Shown here in pieces: positions 55,698 through 64,000 of a stretch of 64,000 nucleotides of DNA; the stretch's first letter is position 1; each line of letters opens with the position of its first letter. Source of the stretch: an uncultured Clostridia bacterium (GTDB lineage Bacteria; Bacillota; Clostridia; Oscillospirales; CAG-272); contig CALXUY010000014.1 in the NCBI GenBank assembly GCA_944391805.1, forward strand, positions 32,222 through 96,221. Direction: 5' to 3'. A model generated the notes under the pieces. That model had not been told where the DNA came from, searched no databases, and saw only the letters and a list, made by a program, of their open reading frames with translations. The position numbers and the translations under genes were made by a program.

Positions 55698-56996
55698 ATG
55701 ATTTGTAAGAATCTATCGGTCAATTCGGACGGCCATCTTTGCTTTGCGGGAGCGGATACCGTCAGGCTGGCGGCCAAGTACGGAACCCCGCTCTATGTGA
55801 TGGATGAGGACCGCATCCGGGAGCGCTGCCGCACCTATCTTGGAGCCATGCGGGAGGCCTTCGGAGAAGCGGCGCTGCCGCTTTACGCCGGCAAGGCGGC
55901 GGCCTTCCGGCAGATTTACCGCGTGATGCGGGAGGAGGGAATGGGCATCGACGTCGTTTCCCCCGGGGAAATCTACGCCGCCGCTTCTGTCGGGTTCCCG
56001 ATGGAGCGCGCCTATTTTCACGGCAACAACAAAACCGACGCGGACATCGCCTATGCCATCGAGCAGGGAGTGGGTCGCTTTGTGGTGGATAACCGCGAGG
56101 AGCTGGACGCCCTGAACCGCATCGCAGGAGAAAAGCGGATCCGCCAGAAGATCCTGCTTCGGCTGACCCCTGGCATCGATCCGCACACCTATGCCGCCGT
56201 GGCCACCGGAATGGTGGATTCCAAATTCGGCGTTGCGATTGAGACCGGGCAGGCGGCCGCGCTGACCGCCTATGCGCTGGCGCTGCCGAACCTCTCTCTG
56301 GAGGGCTTCCACTGCCATGTCGGCTCGCAGGTATTCGATTCGGATGTCTACCTGCGCGCCTGTGCCATCATGCTGGAGTTTGCCGCGGCGATGAAGGCCG
56401 AGCACGGCTATGTGATGCGGGAGCTGGATCTGGGCGGCGGCTACGGCGTGCGCTATCTGGATTCCGACCCGGAGATCGACATTGCCGCCAATATCCGGCA
56501 GGTAGGGGAAGCGCTGCGCGCGCATTGTGCCGCGCTGGGGCTGCCGGTTCCGGCCGTGCGGATGGAGCCGGGGCGGAGCATTGTCGCCGACGCGGGACTG
56601 ACGCTTTACACCGTGGGCACCTTCAAGCAGATCCTGGGCTATAAAAACTATGTTTCGGTGGACGGCGGCATGACCGACAATCCGCGGTTTGCCCTCTATC
56701 GCTCCCCCTATACCGTTTATATCGCCAACCGCATGAACGAAAAGGCAGCTCTGCGCGCGTCGGTCGTCGGCAGATGCTGTGAGAGCGGGGATATTCTGCA
56801 GGAGAACGTTCCGGTTCCAGATACCGTCACGCGCGGGGATATTGCCGCCGTGCTCACCACCGGTGCGTATAACTATGCCATGTCCTCGACCTACAACCGC
56901 ATTCCGCGCCCGGCGATGGTGATGCTGCGGGATGGGGAGGACAAGCTGGTCGTCCGTCGGGAATCCTATGAGGATCTCTGCCGGAACGAACTGTAA
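55698..56996 (+). CDS. lysA: Diaminopimelate decarboxylase
   Basis: ATG 55698 is 6 nt after AAGGAG. It has YAGKAAAF (PLP Lys), DLGGGYG and CCESGD motifs. The track TTG start at 55662 overlaps dapL. Confidence 0.94.
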   Translation: MICKNLSVNSDGHLCFAGADTVRLAAKYGTPLYVMDEDRIRERCRTYLGAMREAFGEAALPLYAGKAAAFRQIYRVMREEGMGIDVVSPGEIYAAASVGFPMERAYFHGNNKTDADIAYAIEQGVGRFVVDNREELDALNRIAGEKRIRQKILLRLTPGIDPHTYAAVATGMVDSKFGVAIETGQAAALTAYALALPNLSLEGFHCHVGSQVFDSDVYLRACAIMLEFAAAMKAEHGYVMRELDLGGGYGVRYLDSDPEIDIAANIRQVGEALRAHCAALGLPVPAVRMEPGRSIVADAGLTLYTVGTFKQILGYKNYVSVDGGMTDNPRFALYRSPYTVYIANRMNEKAALRASVVGRCCESGDILQENVPVPDTVTRGDIAAVLTTGAYNYAMSSTYNRIPRPAMVMLRDGEDKLVVRRESYEDLCRNEL

Positions 56997-57023
56997 CGGC
57001 AGGCCGTTTGATACTTTGCGCCA

Positions 57024-57405
57024 GAACGCCCCTGCGCGGCAAATTGCCGCGCAGGGGCGTTCCACAGACTGTAGACCAAAGCAACGGCTTTCGTCAGTTT
57101 GATGAAAGTTTTGATCAACGTGCTGCGCACGTTTCACTTTCTTCAAAGAGTTTGAGGCGGCAAGCCGCCGGAAATTTTTGCTCCGCAAAAAGTTTCCCGG
57201 GGTCGAGGGCGCGGAGCCCTCGTCGCCCTCCGCAGAGGACGAAAATCCTATACGGCGCTTTCTTTTTGCCAAGCTTTTTCTTTGCGCCTATATGCTCAAA
57301 GAAAAAGCGGATAAACGCTTTTGTGCAATTTTGATTGAATGCGCCTTTTGTCTACAACCTGACCGAAACGCCCCTGTGCGGCAATTTGCCGCGCAGGGGC
57401 GTTCC
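57024..57405 (+). repeat. Repeat family copy 3: short complete form bracketed by a duplicated ~38-nt hairpin
   Basis: Hairpin GAACGCCCCTGCGCGGCAAATTGCCGCGCAGGGGCGTTC (57024-57062) recurs at 57365-57405 with 2 mismatches. Left module 57065-57118, right module 57278-57361 (76/84 identical to 49575-49658). Confidence 0.8.
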
Positions 57406-57428
57406 GGTGTATGTATCTGTCTGAAGGG

Positions 57429-60400
57429 TCAGTCCTCGGTCTGCCCGATCCATTCCAGCCGCGGCGCGTTCAGAACGCCTTCGTCGGCCAGCGTATAGCC
57501 GTAGGTCCAGCGGTCGCCCTCGGTGCGCCACAGAGCCGGACCGTAATAAATCGCATTGCGGTCGGCGTTGTGCACCGTGCCGAAGGTGTTGGTGCGGTTG
57601 AGGTAGGCGGTCAGCTTTATGGTGTGCTCCCCGGCGGCCAGCGCTTTTGTCTCTGCCGTATAGGGTGAGAACGCGATGAGACTGCCGTCCTCCTCCCGGT
57701 CGGCCGAAAGCTCCAGCACGGCCGCGCGGAACTGCGGCACATGCAGCCGCACGCATCCGTCGGCCGGGAGACTGACCGGCAGCAGATAGGTCAGCGTTCC
57801 GCTGTAAAAGGGCAGTCCCTGCGAGGTGATGCTGCCAAAGCCCAGCGTGCGGGGCATGGCGACAACCGTTTTTTCGCTTCCCTTGAGCCTTACGCCGAAT
57901 TCTCCGAGCAGATGACACCATTCCAGTGTGACCCGCTTTTCAAACGGCATTTCCAGCTCGAGCAGATTGTCTCCCTGCTTCAGCGGGGGCAGGGGAACGC
58001 GCGGAATCTCACGGTCCACATACCAGCCGTCGGCAATGCCCGGCACGCGCTCCCCGTTCCAGCGGATGGATACGGTTTCGGGATGCTCGATGGCCAGCGC
58101 AATGCCTGCGCATTCGCTCTCGCTTTTTACGGTCATCCGCAGTGCCAGCCTGTGGGCTGCCGGCTCCTCGGGAATGCAGTAGGGCTGTGCCGCCCGTCCG
58201 CCGCTCTCCTGCCAGCCGAGCCGGCCGCGCAGGATGTTGTCCAGACGCAATAGCTCCTCCTCCGGCTCCCACTCCCCGCCGTCGAGACAGAATTCGGCTT
58301 TGTCGAGCAGCAGTACATTGGGGTCGCCCAGCCGGAACGGCACCTCGGCGGGAACCGGGAGCGACAGGGCCTTTTTCGTTCCGGTGGCCTTCGGAGGCTG
58401 TCCGGGCGATTCTGTTTCCGCCGCGGGTGTGAGCCGGAGCAGCAGGCTGTCGTGCTCGTAGAGCTCCGCCGTACAGGATGTAAAACCGTTCCGGACAGCG
58501 GCGGAGAGCGGAGACACCGTGCCTGTCACAGTATCGTAAAGCTGTATGGTGTAGCTTCCCTTAACGTCGATGCGCAGGGAGTCTGCCTGCGGCACATCCA
58601 TACCTGCCGGAAGCACTCCCCGTGCCAGAAACAGCCACCTGTCGCCGTCAATGTCCCGCAGCTGGGTCAGAAAGCCCTCGGCCGGCGTGCCGTTCCGGTT
58701 GGAGATGCGCAGCTCACGCAGCGGCTCGAGCGCGTGAAGCAGCGCCGCGCGCGAAAAGGAGAGACTGACCGACCGGCCCGCAAGCGCCGCGGGGCGGCTG
58801 TCCGGCCGGGCGTTGACGCAGAGCGGGGCCGCACCCAGAAAGATCAGCAAGCCGCCCTGCGCGCGGAAGGCCTCCAGACGCTCCAGCGTGCTCTCGCGCA
58901 GCGTTTCGCACTCGGGAACAATCACCGCATCGTAGCGCTGACAGCCGACCGGCAGCGGATTGGCGCCGGAGGGGCAGAGGTCGGGCAGCAGCGATTCGCT
59001 GATGAAATCGAAATCGATTCCGCCGAAGGCCAGCCACGCGGTGACGTCGGCAAAATTGCGCTCGAGCTGTTCGCAGGCCACGGCATTGCGGTCGAGCGCG
59101 CCGAGGTGCAGCCAATAGCTCTCAATCGGGTGAATCACGCCCACCCGCACACAGGCCTTTCCACGGGTCAGCACGGTGTTCAGGCGCGCAAAGTGGTTTT
59201 CCACCAGAGGGTATTTCCGATACCAGCAGGACTGATACTGAATGGTCTGCGGATAGTCCCGCTTGGCCTCGCCCTTCATGGTGTAGAGCGAGAGATGAGG
59301 AACCCGCACGGTTACACCCATGGCCGCCTGCCAGTCTCCGTGGTGCTTATGCCCGCGGAAGTCGAGGTCCCACCCCAGCACGCCGTACAGCTCGCTGAGC
59401 ATTCCGCAGCGCCCATATTGGCGCACGGCTGACTGCGTCTGCTTGGCGGTGGTCAGCTCATGGTAGCCGCACAGCATGTCAATGCCGGGCAGGGTCATGC
59501 TGCGGTAAAAGCGCATGGCCTCACCAACCGTCGCCGACTGGCTTTTCAGGGTCGGCTCCTCATAGAGGTGCCCGGTAAAGAGAATGCCCGCCTCCCGGCA
59601 CCAGTTGCCGATGGTGTCCGAATAGGCAGCAACAAAGCGCTCGCACACATGGTCGTGGAAATGGTAGCGGATGACAGAGGGCCGGTCGTCCGGCAGATTC
59701 CAGAACAGCTCGGGCAGGCAGGCCACCAGATCTTCTCCGGGGTAGGCGGCGGCATAGGTGGCGGGCAGATCATCGGTCCATACCACCCGCGCGTCAGTCC
59801 GGGAGAGAGAGTAGGGAAGCGGCGCGATTTTGGCAAACTGCGGCTCGTCCGTGAAGATGGCCGGAACACTGCCCCCGAAGCGGTCGCCCAGCCGCTTTCG
59901 GTACGCTTCGTATGTACAGGCCACAAAGCACTCGACCGCGCGGGGATTGAGGGTGTCCAGATAGGCGGCGTTGTTGAAGCGCGGGCTTGGCTGCTCGACC
60001 AGCACCTGCGCGAACCACTCGTCTCCCGTCGCCGCCTCACCGCCCGAAAGCAGGCGATAGGACGCCAACGTGCCGTCGGCATGGAGCGAGACGTCATAGC
60101 GCCCCACCTCATATGCGCGCCCGGGCACGGGAGCGGCCGAGAGCACCAGCCAGCGCCGGCGGTATTCGGGGTGCTCCCGTGTGACCAGCCCCCCGGCAAA
60201 GCCGGAGGGCCAGCGGTCCTCGTCATACAGCCACGCCAGCATGTCCCGCCGCTCGGCCTCATCGGCGCAGGCTTCAACCAGATCGAGAAATTCTTCGCTC
60301 ATATAGGGGGTGGAAAGCCCCGAGCGAACGTGCATGTGAAAGCCTCCAAAGCCCATTTCCCGAAAGCAGCCGATCTGCCGGAGCAGCTCCTCGCGGTCGA

Positions 60401-60497
60401 GCGCTCCGTTCCATGCCCAGAAGGGAGCGCCGCGGTACTCCTTGCCCGGGCTTCGGAATTCTTCGTCGGTAAACGGCTTGGTCTGATCGTACAGCAT
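57429..60497 (-). CDS. Large glycoside-hydrolase-like protein without a signal peptide (family not assignable by eye)
   Basis: 1022-aa ORF with SD GGAGG 5 nt upstream. The N-terminus RGAPFWAWNGALDREELLRQIGCFREMGFGGFHMHVRSGL is typical of a large family annotated as glycosyl hydrolases. The C-terminal part is beta-rich. Confidence 0.6.
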   Translation of the reverse strand: MLYDQTKPFTDEEFRSPGKEYRGAPFWAWNGALDREELLRQIGCFREMGFGGFHMHVRSGLSTPYMSEEFLDLVEACADEAERRDMLAWLYDEDRWPSGFAGGLVTREHPEYRRRWLVLSAAPVPGRAYEVGRYDVSLHADGTLASYRLLSGGEAATGDEWFAQVLVEQPSPRFNNAAYLDTLNPRAVECFVACTYEAYRKRLGDRFGGSVPAIFTDEPQFAKIAPLPYSLSRTDARVVWTDDLPATYAAAYPGEDLVACLPELFWNLPDDRPSVIRYHFHDHVCERFVAAYSDTIGNWCREAGILFTGHLYEEPTLKSQSATVGEAMRFYRSMTLPGIDMLCGYHELTTAKQTQSAVRQYGRCGMLSELYGVLGWDLDFRGHKHHGDWQAAMGVTVRVPHLSLYTMKGEAKRDYPQTIQYQSCWYRKYPLVENHFARLNTVLTRGKACVRVGVIHPIESYWLHLGALDRNAVACEQLERNFADVTAWLAFGGIDFDFISESLLPDLCPSGANPLPVGCQRYDAVIVPECETLRESTLERLEAFRAQGGLLIFLGAAPLCVNARPDSRPAALAGRSVSLSFSRAALLHALEPLRELRISNRNGTPAEGFLTQLRDIDGDRWLFLARGVLPAGMDVPQADSLRIDVKGSYTIQLYDTVTGTVSPLSAAVRNGFTSCTAELYEHDSLLLRLTPAAETESPGQPPKATGTKKALSLPVPAEVPFRLGDPNVLLLDKAEFCLDGGEWEPEEELLRLDNILRGRLGWQESGGRAAQPYCIPEEPAAHRLALRMTVKSESECAGIALAIEHPETVSIRWNGERVPGIADGWYVDREIPRVPLPPLKQGDNLLELEMPFEKRVTLEWCHLLGEFGVRLKGSEKTVVAMPRTLGFGSITSQGLPFYSGTLTYLLPVSLPADGCVRLHVPQFRAAVLELSADREEDGSLIAFSPYTAETKALAAGEHTIKLTAYLNRTNTFGTVHNADRNAIYYGPALWRTEGDRWTYGYTLADEGVLNAPRLEWIGQTED

Positions 60498-60763
60498 GGG
60501 TTACCTCCTGAAAAAATGGATTCGGTTGGAATGGTAATATCCTACCATAAAAAAGAGCTTTTGTCAATCCGCAGCACAAAATCCGATAAAAACGACCGTG
60601 ATTTGCGCAACATTGACCGGATTCCCCTGCGCCCCGTCGCATGCCCAGATACCGAACCGACAAACCGTCTGTTCCTTTTCCGGCTGATTCTTGACCACCT
60701 CGCACATTCCTTGACTTGCAGCCAACGGTTGTCGAAATTTAGCAAAACAAAATTCAAAAATTG

Positions 60764-60792
60764 TTGACAAAAACATAAAAATATGATATACT
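60764..60792 (+). promoter_or_regulatory. Consensus promoter of the ABC exporter pair
   Basis: TTGACA, 17 bp, TGaTATACT, about 70 nt upstream of ATG 60862. Confidence 0.7.
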
Positions 60793-60861
60793 GGATTTGT
60801 TCAGTATAGCAGATGAAGCCATGCTTTGCAATCCGATTTTTCCGATTCCGTGGGAGGCAAT

Positions 60862-62715
60862 ATGAGGCGCAAACAGAAACCGACCGAAAAAAAGAAGAAA
60901 AAAATTCCGTTCCGGCGCAGGGTGGTCAACAACCTGTTCGCGCTGCGCTGTATCTGGGAGGCCGCGCCCCTGCATCTGATCATCTACGTCGGTTCGGGCG
61001 TGGTTTACGGCATTCTGAACTTTTTGAGCGGGAGCTATCTGCTGCGCCGGATTGTGGACGGCGTGGAGGCCGGGGAGCCGATTTCCTCGATTCTGCGCTA
61101 TGTGTGCATTCTGGGTGTGGTAACACTGGTGATTGAAACAGCACTTCAGTGGTATTGGCGGGTGATTTCTCCCGTGCTGAACTGCAGAATCCTTGCATAT
61201 ATCGAAAAAAAGCTGTTCCGGCAGGCGGCCCGCGTGGAGCTGGCCTGCTATGAGGACCCGGAATTTTATAACCGGTATGTCAAAGCGATGGATGAGGCTT
61301 ACAACCGGATAAGGAAGGTGATGTACACGCTGGACGATCTGATTTCCGGTCTGGTGACGCTTTCGGCCAATTCGCTGCTGCTCTTTCTGATAGATCCGTG
61401 GCTGATGCTGTTCGGGCTGTTTCCGCTGGTGCTGGGGGTGTTTCGGCGGCTGGAGAACATTGCCAAGCACGATATGGAGACCGAAAAAAAACCGGTCAAC
61501 CGCCGCAAAACCTATGTCCGCCGCACCTTTTATCTCGGTGAATACGCAAAGGAAATGCGCATCGGCGGCATGTACGGCCGGATGCTGCGCGACCTGCGGG
61601 AGAGCTTTTCGGATTACCGCCGCATCATCAAAAAGTACGGCTTGCGGCAGGCGGTTTACGGGTATCTGCAAAAAATCGGGCTGGAGGTGGTCACAATTCT
61701 GGGTGCCACGCTCTATGCCGTATGGAGCGCAATGGTGGTGGGCAGCGCCAACGGCGGCATGAGCGTGGGAGACTGTCTGGTGGTGCTCTCCTCCATCAGC
61801 TCCATCTCCTACGAGCTGAACCGGTTGGTGCAGTATTTTGCCGAGTTCGGGGAGCACGCGCTGTTCCTTGAGGATGTGCGTTTCTTTCTGGATTACATCC
61901 CCGCCATTCAGGACGGGCCGGAGACTGCGCCGAAGGAGGGCGGAGAGCTGGAGCTGCGCAACGTCACCTTCCGGTATCACGGCAGCGAGCGAGACGCGAT
62001 CCGGAATGTCAGCTTCACCCTGCACCCCGGAGAGCGTGTGGCGCTGGTTGGCAGCAACGGTTCGGGAAAAAGCACGCTGGTCAAGCTGCTGCTGCGGCTC
62101 TATGACCCCACGGAGGGCGAGATTCGGCTGAGGGGCACCGACATCCGCGCGTATACGCTGGACTCCTACCGGGGGGATTTCAGCACGGTGTTTCAGGATT
62201 TCAAGCTCTTTTCGATGACCGTGAAGGAGAACGTGCTGCTCCGCCCCACCTGCGAGGGGGACGATGAGCTGGTGGCACAGGCCCTGAAGGAGAGCGGCGC
62301 CTATGAGCGGGTCAGCCGCATGGAACACGGGATGGACAGCATTCTCACCCGCGAATTTGACGACCACGGCGAGAACCTTTCGGTCGGGGAGCAGCAAAAG
62401 ATGCTGCTGGCGCGGGTATTTGCCGAGCGGCGCCCGTTTGTTCTGCTCGACGAGCCCTCCAGCGCGCTCGACCCGATTGCCGAATACCGCATGTTTGGGA
62501 ACATGATGCGCGCCACGGCCGGGCGCAGCGTCATCTTCATTTCGCATCGGCTTTCCTCCGCCGTTCTGGCCGACCGCGTGCTGCTGATGGAGAACGGGGA
62601 GCTGGCCGAGTGCGGCACCCATGCCGAGCTGATGGCAAAAAACGGGAAGTACGCGACCATGTTCCGCCGGCAGGCCGAAAACTATCTGGGGAGTGAGGTG
62701 AGCGAAGATGCGTAA
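60862..62715 (+). CDS. ABC exporter, fused permease/ATPase subunit (first of a heterodimeric pair)
   Basis: ATG 60862 after GGGAGG. N-terminal 6-TM domain, Walker A GSNGSGKST, signature LSVGEQQ and Walker B LLDEPSSALD. Confidence 0.9.
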   Translation: MRRKQKPTEKKKKKIPFRRRVVNNLFALRCIWEAAPLHLIIYVGSGVVYGILNFLSGSYLLRRIVDGVEAGEPISSILRYVCILGVVTLVIETALQWYWRVISPVLNCRILAYIEKKLFRQAARVELACYEDPEFYNRYVKAMDEAYNRIRKVMYTLDDLISGLVTLSANSLLLFLIDPWLMLFGLFPLVLGVFRRLENIAKHDMETEKKPVNRRKTYVRRTFYLGEYAKEMRIGGMYGRMLRDLRESFSDYRRIIKKYGLRQAVYGYLQKIGLEVVTILGATLYAVWSAMVVGSANGGMSVGDCLVVLSSISSISYELNRLVQYFAEFGEHALFLEDVRFFLDYIPAIQDGPETAPKEGGELELRNVTFRYHGSERDAIRNVSFTLHPGERVALVGSNGSGKSTLVKLLLRLYDPTEGEIRLRGTDIRAYTLDSYRGDFSTVFQDFKLFSMTVKENVLLRPTCEGDDELVAQALKESGAYERVSRMEHGMDSILTREFDDHGENLSVGEQQKMLLARVFAERRPFVLLDEPSSALDPIAEYRMFGNMMRATAGRSVIFISHRLSSAVLADRVLLMENGELAECGTHAELMAKNGKYATMFRRQAENYLGSEVSEDA

Positions 62716-64000
62716 AGTGAAAAAAGAGCGCCAGAAGCTCTCCTCCATCCTCCGCAACAACTGGCTGATGCTACGCAAAATCGCGGCGTACACCCCGGAG
62801 TATTTTGCCCTGATGATTGTCGAGGGCGTGGTGTGGGGGTGCATCAACTCGGTTTCGGCATGGTTCATCTACACCCTGCTCAACGCGGTGCAGGATGGGG
62901 GCGATTTCCTCTATGCCGCATCGATCATCGCGGTGATGGCTGCCTTTTATCTCGTGGCCTATGTGTTTGACAAATGGTACTGGAACATCAAAAACCCGCT
63001 GATGCGCCAGAAGCTGCACCTGCGGATGCACGAGGAGCTGTTTGCCAAGGCGCGCTCGCTCGACCTCTCCTGCTTCGATGACCCCGCCTTCTACAACGAT
63101 TTTGTATGGGCGATGAACCAATCCGACAGCCGCGCGATAGAGGTGATCGAGGACACCGGCAAGCTCATCAACCGGCTGATCGCCTCAGCGTCGCTGTTTA
63201 CCCTGCTGCTGACCGTGGATCCCGTCATCGCGCTGGTGCTCTTTCTTTCGTCTTGCGTCACGGTTGTCTGTAACCTGGTCGGCAACAGAATCAGCTTCCG
63301 GCATGATCGGGAGAGAAACCCGCTCCGGCGCAAAAGGGACTACATCAACAGGGTATATCACCTCGCAGACTATGCCAAGGAGCTACGCACCGGGCGAGCC
63401 GATGAGCTGCTGACCCGGGAATACGATGAGAACAACGAACGCTTGGTTCAGACCGATGTGAAATACGGCAGGCGCTATTTTCTGCTGTACGGTCTTGGCT
63501 GGAATGGGCTCGGAAATGTAACCTTATTTGCGCTGCTGCTGTATATGATCACGCAGCTGGCAAACGGCCGCATTGCGGTGGGCGGGTTTGCCGCCACCGT
63601 GCAGGTGATCTGGGATATCCGCTGGACGCTGAACAACCTGATCGAGCGGATCACCAAATACGCCAAGCACTCGCTGTACATCGAAAAATACCGCGAGTTC
63701 ATGAGCTATGAGCCTCGGGTGAAGGGAGAGAAGCACGAAATCCCGCCGTTCGAGCGCCTGGAGCTGCGGAATGTCAGCTTTGCCTACACGTTCGATCACC
63801 CGGAGTACCGCTTCCGCGAGGATCAGGATGACAAACCGGCCGACCGTCAGCCGCCGCAGGAGGCACTGCGCAACGTCAGTCTGACGATTCACGCCGGCGA
63901 AAAGGTGGCGATTGTCGGCTACAACGGCGCCGGAAAGACCACGCTGATCAAGCTGATCATGCGGTTTTATGACCCCACCGAGGGCGAGATTCTCTACAAC
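62708..64000 (+). CDS. ABC exporter, fused permease/ATPase subunit (second of the pair), truncated by the window end
   Basis: Own translation from ATG 62708 (8-nt overlap with the upstream gene) gives MRKVKKERQKLSSILRNNWLMLRKIAAYTPEYFALMIVEG... The frame is open to 64000 and reaches Walker A GYNGAGKTT. It is absent from the complete-ORF track. Confidence 0.88.
   Translation, partial: MRKVKKERQKLSSILRNNWLMLRKIAAYTPEYFALMIVEGVVWGCINSVSAWFIYTLLNAVQDGGDFLYAASIIAVMAAFYLVAYVFDKWYWNIKNPLMRQKLHLRMHEELFAKARSLDLSCFDDPAFYNDFVWAMNQSDSRAIEVIEDTGKLINRLIASASLFTLLLTVDPVIALVLFLSSCVTVVCNLVGNRISFRHDRERNPLRRKRDYINRVYHLADYAKELRTGRADELLTREYDENNERLVQTDVKYGRRYFLLYGLGWNGLGNVTLFALLLYMITQLANGRIAVGGFAATVQVIWDIRWTLNNLIERITKYAKHSLYIEKYREFMSYEPRVKGEKHEIPPFERLELRNVSFAYTFDHPEYRFREDQDDKPADRQPPQEALRNVSLTIHAGEKVAIVGYNGAGKTTLIKLIMRFYDPTEGEILYN

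Overview
This 64-kb window comes from a high-G+C Firmicutes/Clostridia-type chromosome. That assignment is an inference from gene content and order: lon-engB, infC-rpmI-rplT, dprA-topA-trmFO, plsX...rnc-smc-ftsY, yhbY-nadD-yqeK-rsfS-leuS, spoVG and murC. I can support 56 protein-coding genes (two cut by the window edges), one tRNA-Pro(CGG), one lysine riboswitch controlling a dapA-dapB-dapF-dapL-lysA operon, and several consensus sigma-A-type promoters and intrinsic terminators. Most of the window is core housekeeping. I saw no CRISPR array, transposase, integrase, reverse transcriptase or recognisable defence or toxin genes, so I cannot point to a clear new multi-gene system. The non-routine content is as follows. 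(1) A modular, hairpin-rich, non-coding repeat family (BOX/MITE-like) occurs at three intergenic loci (47.3, 49.2-49.7 and 57.0-57.4 kb); the two complete copies are bracketed by a locus-specific duplicated hairpin. (2) FtsY carries an N-terminal extension of about 211 aa made of about 26 tandem AEAEAKAK units. (3) A 245-bp low-GC island bounded by two near-identical palindromic hairpins lies between murC and a PHP phosphoesterase gene. (4) Three small low-complexity proteins of unknown function form an operon next to spoVG. (5) The tRNA-Pro neighbourhood looks decayed, with a tRNA-Pro-like remnant and a 15-bp inverted-repeat element. (6) A promoter-to-terminator unit upstream of lon could be an sRNA or an attenuator. 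Many long ORFs in the supplied track are antisense or off-frame artefacts of GC-rich genes. Several track starts are non-ATG or N-terminally over-extended, and I re-set them by hand. All coordinates, motif matches and percentages come from reading the sequence by eye; no database search was possible.
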